A stretch of DNA of 64,000 bases, taken from the sequence record LR756508.1; one strand, 5' to 3'. Shown here piece by piece: positions 57,432 to 64,000 of the stretch. Numbering within the stretch: the first letter of the stretch is position 1; every line of letters begins with the position of its first letter. Under the pieces are notes generated by a model, which saw only the letters and a program-made list of their open reading frames with translations, had not been told where the DNA came from and searched no databases. The position numbers and the translations under genes were made by a program.

Positions 57432-58748
57432 ATGGAAAAAGAGAATGTTTTATTTGTAACTGATCACCCTGCACTGTCTTCAGGTGTGGGGAAAAAATCA
57501 AAAGAAATTATCGGAAGCTCTTTAAATGAAATCAACTGGACCTGCTTGGGAGGAAACAGCAATCCAAGAAAAAGAAGTATAAGAACATACGGGGAAGATT
57601 TTTTTGAGGATCCGAATGGATCTGGAAGCGTAAGCGTATTTCCGCATAGGCAGTATGGAAATTATTCTCTTTTTTCGCGTCTTGTAGAAAAAAATAATAT
57701 AGATAAAGCTTTATTTTTTGGCGATCCCAACAATTTTTACTGGCTCAGGGAAAATAAGTCTGAGATTCAAATTCCTCTTTACTACTACCACGTCTGGGAT
57801 AATCTTCCTGTTCCTGAATTCAATAAAAGCTTTTACGAGTGTTTTGATTGGATCGGTGCCATTTCATTAACCACTTACTATATTTTAGAAGAAGTCTATT
57901 CTGGAAATTATAGCTACGTCCCCCATGGCGCAGACGAAAACACATTTTATCCTATTACCGAAAATCTTTCTCGCGTTATCGAGTGGAAGGGAAGAAAAAC
58001 TACGGAGTATCAAATCATTAAAGAAATAAAAGAAGACTGGCTCGGGGATAAAGACTTTATTATTTTTTGGTGTAACCGAAATCTTCAGAGAAAAAATGCT
58101 GCGGATGTAATCAGATCTTTCCAGCAGTTTACAGAAGAGTTTCCGAAAACAAGAAAAGATGATTTTGCCCTGCTTATGAAAACTGATCATGAAGACAGGG
58201 AAGGTCCAAACCTTGCTGCAGTCGCTGACGCCATCGCCAATGATTGTGATATTCGCATTTTACCCGAACACATTTCTGATCGACGGTTAAACTGGTATTA
58301 TAACCTAGCTGATGTCACCCTCAACATCTCTAATCGCGAGGGTTGGGGACTTACGAGCCATGAATCTCTCTTATCTGGCACCCCAATTCTCGTAAATAAG
58401 ACTGGCGGCCTGCTTGATCAATGTGGATTTGAAAGAGAGAATGGAAAGTTTATAGACCCCAAGTCCGAAGAACTTCAGAGGTACGTAAACAAAGAAATAT
58501 CAAATTCAGGAAAATGGGCTAACACAGTAACACCTAAAGTTCAAACGTTAAGTGGCACTCAGACGGAGCCTTATATTTATGATGACTACGTCTCTATTGA
58601 GGAGGTGGTAAACCAGCTTAAAGATATATTTATGAAAGGAAAAAAGGCTCGAAAAAGAGCTGGAATGAAGGGGAGGACTTACGCCATGGAACATCTTTCT
58701 CTTGAAGAAATGACTGAAGGCGTCAAAAAAGGTATTCTAAATAATTGA
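57432..58748 (+). CDS. GT-B (GT4-like) glycosyltransferase
   Basis: FWCNRNLQRKN, YNLADV..SNREGWGL..HESLLSGTPI. Confidence 0.88.
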   Translation: MEKENVLFVTDHPALSSGVGKKSKEIIGSSLNEINWTCLGGNSNPRKRSIRTYGEDFFEDPNGSGSVSVFPHRQYGNYSLFSRLVEKNNIDKALFFGDPNNFYWLRENKSEIQIPLYYYHVWDNLPVPEFNKSFYECFDWIGAISLTTYYILEEVYSGNYSYVPHGADENTFYPITENLSRVIEWKGRKTTEYQIIKEIKEDWLGDKDFIIFWCNRNLQRKNAADVIRSFQQFTEEFPKTRKDDFALLMKTDHEDREGPNLAAVADAIANDCDIRILPEHISDRRLNWYYNLADVTLNISNREGWGLTSHESLLSGTPILVNKTGGLLDQCGFERENGKFIDPKSEELQRYVNKEISNSGKWANTVTPKVQTLSGTQTEPYIYDDYVSIEEVVNQLKDIFMKGKKARKRAGMKGRTYAMEHLSLEEMTEGVKKGILNN

Positions 58749-58801
58749 AAAGGTTGTCAAGATGTGAATATTCTAAAATTCTATAATTGTCTTGAGACCA
58801 G

Positions 58802-59587
58802 ATGGACAAAAGAGTACTGCTGTTTAACCACGGACGTTGTGGTTCAAAAAGTATTCAGTTTATTCTCTCTAAAGTTTTGACTGAGGCAGATAATGATATA
58901 AAAGCTGGTAAGGGTGGCAAGCAGTACTTCGATTTCTCTCATTATCCAGGAAACATTTTGAACCTGCTCGAAGGCGGCATAATTGAAACGCTGGACAGGT
59001 TTTATCAAGAAAATGATGAAGCCTCTATATTTCGACATCGGTTTCAAGACCCTTGTGAAATCCTCTCCTATGACACCGATGAGCCTGTAATAAAGTTTAT
59101 CAATGAGTCTGTAATTGACTATTTCAGTAAAAAGGGATATGTAATATTCCTAGAAAGAAAAAATCTTTTGAAAGTAGCAATTTCATATTTTATTTCAAAC
59201 AACTTTAATATTTCAGATTCACCTCCAGGCAGCGTAAAAGGTTTTGAAACGAAAGAAGCACACTTTGGAAAAATTCGGAATAGATGCGAAAGATTAAAGA
59301 GAGAAATGGAGTATTTTAAAAGTTATATTGAAGAAAAAGACACCTCGATGTATAACTTGTATTACCAAGACTTCTTTTTGAATTCAAAAAAGAAAACATA
59401 CAGGAAGGTGAAACACATTTTAAACTTCTTAGGATGTGAGCCTGAACTTAACTCAATACAAAAGAAAATAATAAACAAGAACACCCGAAAGAGTGAAAAG
59501 GTGAACAGTAAAAAAACGTATCGGCTAATTGAAAATCTTGATGAATTAAACTTTAAGCTGGGCGAAAAATATGGCTACTTAGTGTAA
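58802..59587 (+). CDS. Sulfotransferase-like (Stf0-type) protein 2
   Basis: LFNHGRCGSKSI, ERKNLLKVAISY, YQD; C-terminus GEKYGYL matches paralog 1 (GPKYGYL). Confidence 0.68.
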   Translation: MDKRVLLFNHGRCGSKSIQFILSKVLTEADNDIKAGKGGKQYFDFSHYPGNILNLLEGGIIETLDRFYQENDEASIFRHRFQDPCEILSYDTDEPVIKFINESVIDYFSKKGYVIFLERKNLLKVAISYFISNNFNISDSPPGSVKGFETKEAHFGKIRNRCERLKREMEYFKSYIEEKDTSMYNLYYQDFFLNSKKKTYRKVKHILNFLGCEPELNSIQKKIINKNTRKSEKVNSKKTYRLIENLDELNFKLGEKYGYLV

Positions 59588-59633
59588 TTTAAGCAGAATG
59601 GTTTCCGATAAAATCTAAAAATAGTTAAAAGAT

Positions 59634-60053
59634 ATGAGCGAGTTATATGAAGAAAATACAGAGGAAATGAGTCTAAAAGAAAAAGAAATTCTTCTTGTCC
59701 GTATGGAAGACAGTTATACTGCCGCAGAAGTCACGCAGATCATAAACGAAATTGACCAGAATATAAATGGCGAAGATGAAGAATTTACAACTCCAGTTTT
59801 GTTTCTTGATAAATCTGTTGAAGTTGAAAAGTTAAGCATCAACAGGTTAGAGCAGATCCTTGAACAAGCGAAATCTATTTTTGAAGATGGTAAACCTAAA
59901 CAAGAAGAAGTAGAGTTTGAAAATGAAGAGCTGGAAGGCGTTGAAGTAGAAGAAGAAGAGGATCAAGTAAAGGTTGATGATATACCAGAAGAACTTGAAG
60001 AGCTGGTTCCGAAAGAGGTAAGAGATCAACATCAAGATGAAGAAACGTCGTAA
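59634..60053 (+). CDS. Hypothetical highly acidic protein
   Basis: 139 aa, E-rich. Confidence 0.6.
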   Translation: MSELYEENTEEMSLKEKEILLVRMEDSYTAAEVTQIINEIDQNINGEDEEFTTPVLFLDKSVEVEKLSINRLEQILEQAKSIFEDGKPKQEEVEFENEELEGVEVEEEEDQVKVDDIPEELEELVPKEVRDQHQDEETS

Positions 60054-60059
60054 CTTCAT

Positions 60060-60701
60060 ATGTTGTACATGATTATCCCCGCAAGACAAGGCTCCAAAAG
60101 GTTCAAAAACAAGAACAGGAAGCTTCTTCCATATACGTTAAAAGAAATTCCCTCTGAAATTCATGAACGTACTGTTATAACCACCGACGATGAATATATT
60201 TGGAACCGAGTTTCAAATATGGACGTAAAGCTTCACGAGAGAAGCGAAAGATTGGCGGGCGATGAGGTTTCGATGAGAGAAGTTTTGATTAGCGTGGCGG
60301 AGGATTTTAACTTTGAGAAAACAGATACCTTCGTTATGCTTTATCTTACCTATCCTGGAAGAAATTATGAAGATATAAAAAGTGCCATAAACTTTTTTCA
60401 AGATCATAACGCCGATTCACTTCTCTGCAGGCAGCCAGCCAAATCCCACCCTTACCTTTGTATGTACGCGGAAGAAAATAATAAGGGATCTCAAATCATA
60501 GACCACGAGCTTTACAGGTATCAAGATTATCCAGAGGTTTTTGAACTTTCACATTACATAGCAATTCAAAAAGTTGGCGAGATTCCAAATCTAAACCCCA
60601 ACCTTTATAACGAGGATACTGTTTATTATCCTGTTGGTAACGTAATAGATGTTGATTACGAAGAAGATTTCGATAGATTTTTGAAGGAGAATGAAAAATG
60701 A
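60060..60701 (+). CDS. Acylneuraminate/nonulosonate cytidylyltransferase (NeuA-like)
   Basis: IIPARQGSKRFKNKN, ITTDD, LYLTYPGR, IDVDYEEDF. Confidence 0.85.
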   Translation: MLYMIIPARQGSKRFKNKNRKLLPYTLKEIPSEIHERTVITTDDEYIWNRVSNMDVKLHERSERLAGDEVSMREVLISVAEDFNFEKTDTFVMLYLTYPGRNYEDIKSAINFFQDHNADSLLCRQPAKSHPYLCMYAEENNKGSQIIDHELYRYQDYPEVFELSHYIAIQKVGEIPNLNPNLYNEDTVYYPVGNVIDVDYEEDFDRFLKENEK

Positions 60702-60710
60702 GAATAATCT

Positions 60711-61877
60711 ATTAAAAAAGCTTGTATTACTTACGACAAATACAGTAATCTCTCTAATCGTCAAAAGTCAAAACTCAAAAATTCTCCCAAGATTTTCTTC
60801 GTTGAAATTCAAAATACTAGCTCCTCAATAAAATTTAACGTAAATGGAGACCCAGAAGAATTTCAAGCGGATAATTTTGCCTATCAACACCGTTTTTGGA
60901 ACCAAAACGGAAATATAAAAGACTGGAATGGAGGTCTTCTTCATTTGAATAATAATGTATTCGCTTCTCTTTATTTTTGTTATGAAAGTCAGTGCAGAGA
61001 AATACTAATTGATGGCGCTATTTTCGAGCTTACCTCTGGCAATTTTGAAAAGAAAGTAGTATATCGCCTCTTAGAGCAGCTTAAAAATTTTATAGGATGT
61101 AATCTCCACTGCCTGAGAGGTGACTATGGCGAGGCTTTTAGCCTGCCAAGTTTCATTAATAGTATTAATGATGAAGAAAATTTTGTAGAATCGGGATTAA
61201 GCAAATTTAATAAATTTGAAAATCTAATTGAGGAGGTAATGCCGAGTTCTGTTTTTAATAACGTATATGTTCCTTACAATTTTGAAGATCTAGAGTCCAC
61301 AAGCATCGTTTGTAATTCTGAAGAGATGTTAGATTCTAAGAAGCGGGGAGACATTGAATCAAATGAATGCATTGTTCGTTTAAATAATGCTCCATGTCAA
61401 GGGTTTGAAAAAGACGTCGGTGAAAGAACCACATTTCGTTTCGTAAATGAAATGTTGTCCAAAGGAAAATTAATAAATGGCGATTATGACATTAGCAATT
61501 TAAATGAATTATCAGGAGAGAGGTTGATTTTTGATGTTCAGGATAAAGACCTGGAATTTGAATTACGAAAGAAGCTTGCCGCTCAAAATGAACTTTACTT
61601 TGTATCAGGGACATTAGCTGATGAAATGGATGGTTTGACTGAAGCTTACAATTTAAACAATCTTTCTTCTGGCTTGAAAACCACCCTTCTTTTCGTACTG
61701 TTATCGGAAAAAGTCCAGATTTTTGGAATGAATTTTTACTCGAATCTGGGCAGTTCACTTCATTACTGGGAAGAACTTCTAACAGATGAGGTAGATAAAA
61801 CCCACAATTGGGAAAAAGAAAAAGAAGTTTTTCAATTTCTCCAAGAAAATTTTGACGTGAGTCTTGATGAAAACTAA
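60711..61877 (+). CDS. GT29 sialyltransferase-like protein (frame open from 60708; start uncertain)
   Basis: Sialylmotif-L-like SIVCNS...IESNECIVRLNNAPCQGFEKDVGERTT; S-like LSSGL; VS-like HYWE..H...E. Confidence 0.75.
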   Translation: MKKACITYDKYSNLSNRQKSKLKNSPKIFFVEIQNTSSSIKFNVNGDPEEFQADNFAYQHRFWNQNGNIKDWNGGLLHLNNNVFASLYFCYESQCREILIDGAIFELTSGNFEKKVVYRLLEQLKNFIGCNLHCLRGDYGEAFSLPSFINSINDEENFVESGLSKFNKFENLIEEVMPSSVFNNVYVPYNFEDLESTSIVCNSEEMLDSKKRGDIESNECIVRLNNAPCQGFEKDVGERTTFRFVNEMLSKGKLINGDYDISNLNELSGERLIFDVQDKDLEFELRKKLAAQNELYFVSGTLADEMDGLTEAYNLNNLSSGLKTTLLFVLLSEKVQIFGMNFYSNLGSSLHYWEELLTDEVDKTHNWEKEKEVFQFLQENFDVSLDEN

Positions 61878-61886
61878 GAATTAAGA

Positions 61887-62546
61887 ATGAAAAATAAAGA
61901 AGATCCTGAAGTAAGAGATCGGATACACACCTTTAGTGATTTAAAAAAACATGGCAATTACCCTTTAGATCTTAGTTTTCCTTTTAAGAGAGAAGGATTA
62001 GAAAATTATATCAAAAACAGTGAAGACATACCTGGATCAGTAAGAAAAGCTTCAAGTGTTTTTTACGTTTCTGATCCGAAAGGTCTGTCCGATGACGACC
62101 TAATTAAATTTTCGAATTCTTACGATTTGATTTTGAGAGATGCGACGAAGACTTACAAATCTCTGACCTTTTATAAATTATCCAATGCCAACTTCTCGAT
62201 TATAAACTCTTATAGTAATCAATTAAAAGAGTTTGAATGGAAAACTACTAATTCTTTTTATCTTGGTGAAACTAAAAATCAAGACTTTGAACTTTCTTCT
62301 GAAGGCGTTGATAAGAACAGTATATTCATGACCAATGAAAAACTTGAGGACGTTATTAGAAACTTTAATAACGCTAATTCTTTAAGTCTCGAAAACACAA
62401 AATCAATTCCTACTGTAATTTTTCTTTTGAAGTGTTTTGACGTGGTTCATTGTTATGGACTTGAATACGGCTCTGTAGACGAAGATAATATATCGTTTGG
62501 GATGCATTTTGAAGGACTTATCACGCTTAAAAGTTTGTATCATTAA
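61887..62546 (+). CDS. Hypothetical protein, possibly a degenerate GT29-like domain
   Basis: NSYDLILR and FDVVHCYG weakly echo the sialylmotifs. Confidence 0.4.
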   Translation: MKNKEDPEVRDRIHTFSDLKKHGNYPLDLSFPFKREGLENYIKNSEDIPGSVRKASSVFYVSDPKGLSDDDLIKFSNSYDLILRDATKTYKSLTFYKLSNANFSIINSYSNQLKEFEWKTTNSFYLGETKNQDFELSSEGVDKNSIFMTNEKLEDVIRNFNNANSLSLENTKSIPTVIFLLKCFDVVHCYGLEYGSVDEDNISFGMHFEGLITLKSLYH

Positions 62547-63397
62547 TGAATATTTTACAATGGAAACAAACAACAATTGCCGAGGCTCCCGACGAGTTGA
62601 GCAAAGCTATAAACAAGTATACTGGTCACCACTCAAGCGTTCAAAAGAAGGGGGCAGTGCAGAGTAGGAATTATGATATTGTTCACTTTCACAACAAAAC
62701 TACAAAGGTTCATTCAAAAAACACTAAGAAGTGTATTCAATATCATAGTGAACCCCATAGAGTAAGATTAGGTCCGTCAAACATCTCTAATAAGTTTGTC
62801 ATAGCTCAATACCACGCTACACTTCCTGAATACTCCGACTGTACACCAGTCAGAAATTTAATTGATTTCAACTCTAAGCATTATAAGCAAAACCCTGTCG
62901 AAGATAAAATAAGAGTTTCTTTTTCTCCCTCTGCCTTAACAAATAATGGATACTGGTACGATAAAGGATATCGCCAAACGAAACGGGTTCTTGAAAGGCT
63001 AAAATCCGAACATTCATCTGAATTTGACTATAATATTATTTCTGGTGAGTCTCTGGAGGACTGCATAAGACAAAAACGGGAAAGTAATGTAGTTCTAGAC
63101 GAATGTTCCACTCCATCTTATCATCGAAGTGGATTAGAGGGCCTGGCTTTGGGAAAATATACAATCTGCTCGCTTCACTCTGAGGTTGAAGATGAGATGC
63201 TGAATGCCTCTGGAGCTGAAAAACATCCTTTTTTTGATGTGAACATCACGAATCTTTATTCTCACTTAAAAGGTTTAATTGATAAAGGCTCTTTTTTTGC
63301 TATTCAAAAGGGAAAGCAAAGTAGAGAGTGGATGGAAGAATACTGGTCTCCTTCTCAGATTGCCCAAAATTTTGTTAAGATGTATGAGGAGGTTTAA
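62546..63397 (+). CDS. Putative GT-B glycosyltransferase
   Basis: YDIVHFHN, VVLDEC..SYHRSGLEGLALGK. Confidence 0.6.
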   Translation: MNILQWKQTTIAEAPDELSKAINKYTGHHSSVQKKGAVQSRNYDIVHFHNKTTKVHSKNTKKCIQYHSEPHRVRLGPSNISNKFVIAQYHATLPEYSDCTPVRNLIDFNSKHYKQNPVEDKIRVSFSPSALTNNGYWYDKGYRQTKRVLERLKSEHSSEFDYNIISGESLEDCIRQKRESNVVLDECSTPSYHRSGLEGLALGKYTICSLHSEVEDEMLNASGAEKHPFFDVNITNLYSHLKGLIDKGSFFAIQKGKQSREWMEEYWSPSQIAQNFVKMYEEV

Positions 63398-63449
63398 TAC
63401 CTTAATTTTCAAAACAACATTTAGCTGAATATTCAAAAAGTGTTTCTAA

Positions 63450-64000
63450 ATGAGCATCATAAACCAGATTTTTGATCGGGTTTTTGTAATTAACCTGGAC
63501 AAAAGAAAAGACCGCCAGGAACATTTTAAAAAAGAACTCTCACGGTTTGGCATTTCTTATAACCGAGTATCAGCCGTTGATGGTGAAGATGAAGACGTTC
63601 CCGATATCGATGGATTAACTCCAGGAGAAGTTGGATGCATTTTAAGTCATAAAAAGGTTCTGGAGAGAATTATCGAGCAAAAGATTCAACTCCCTTTAAT
63701 CTTAGAAGACGATATAATTTTTGAAGATAATTTCAGTTCGAGATTTGAAAGACATTTCTCTCAGCTTCCTCAAGACTGGTCGATGTATTATCTGGCCGCA
63801 AATACTACTCAAGACCAGAATCTGACTTCTGTCTCCGAAAACATTGACAGAACTCACAAAGCACTTACTACACACAGCTATTCAATTAAACTTAAAAAAG
63901 CTGAAAAACTTTACAATATAATTGAAGATAACGCTTTCGAAAAACCAGTTGATAATGCCTATACGGATTTCCAAAAGGAAGAAAGGGTTTACGTTTCCAA
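63450..64000 (+). CDS. GT25-family glycosyltransferase (3' partial; not in the ORF track)
   Basis: MSIINQIFDRVFVINLDKRKDR...AVDG...GEVGCILSH...LILEDD. Confidence 0.85.
   Translation, partial: MSIINQIFDRVFVINLDKRKDRQEHFKKELSRFGISYNRVSAVDGEDEDVPDIDGLTPGEVGCILSHKKVLERIIEQKIQLPLILEDDIIFEDNFSSRFERHFSQLPQDWSMYYLAANTTQDQNLTSVSENIDRTHKALTTHSYSIKLKKAEKLYNIIEDNAFEKPVDNAYTDFQKEERVYVS

Noticed and set aside
1-64000. CRISPR array, tRNA or rRNA genes
   Set aside because: I saw no regularly spaced repeats or cloverleaf-like sequences; intergenic gaps are short. A tRNAscan run would be needed to be certain.
1-64000. Stop-codon reassignment
   Set aside because: The standard code gives dense, full-length genes that end in TAA, TAG and TGA at sensible positions.

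Overview
The window is part of a large, AT-rich tailed-virus (T4-like/jumbo-type phage) genome. Essentially all genes are on the + strand. Core proteins are very acidic, which suggests a salt-adapted host; FmdB-like, UPF0213 and DUF1289 genes point to a bacterium. It holds the replication and nucleotide module: DnaB/gp41-like helicase, class II RNR, dUTPase, a family-B DNA polymerase split into two genes 3 kb apart, sliding clamp, two clamp-loader subunits, ThyA, DHFR, cytidine deaminase and MazG. It also carries five inteins, a solo tnpB IS200/IS605 element, free-standing endonucleases, about ten DNA methyltransferase ORFs and a glycosyl/sulfo/sialyl-transferase cluster. Main hunting results: (1) ten proteins from three unrelated enzyme folds (7 ADP-ribosyltransferase-like, 2 HExxH zincin, 1 Cys-His-Asp) share an N-terminal M-K/R-L/F-K-x-L-L-x-E leader resembling the T4 capsid-targeting sequence, suggesting a virion-packaged effector arsenal; (2) an intein whose HNH endonuclease is fully nested in another reading frame; (3) a split PolB whose break point carries a catalytically dead intein-like remnant; (4) methyltransferases sharing a C-terminal aromatic tail that may dock on the sliding clamp; (5) a split N6-MTase beside a Type ISP-like nuclease-helicase-MTase fusion. 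All family assignments come from motif recognition by eye; no searches were run.
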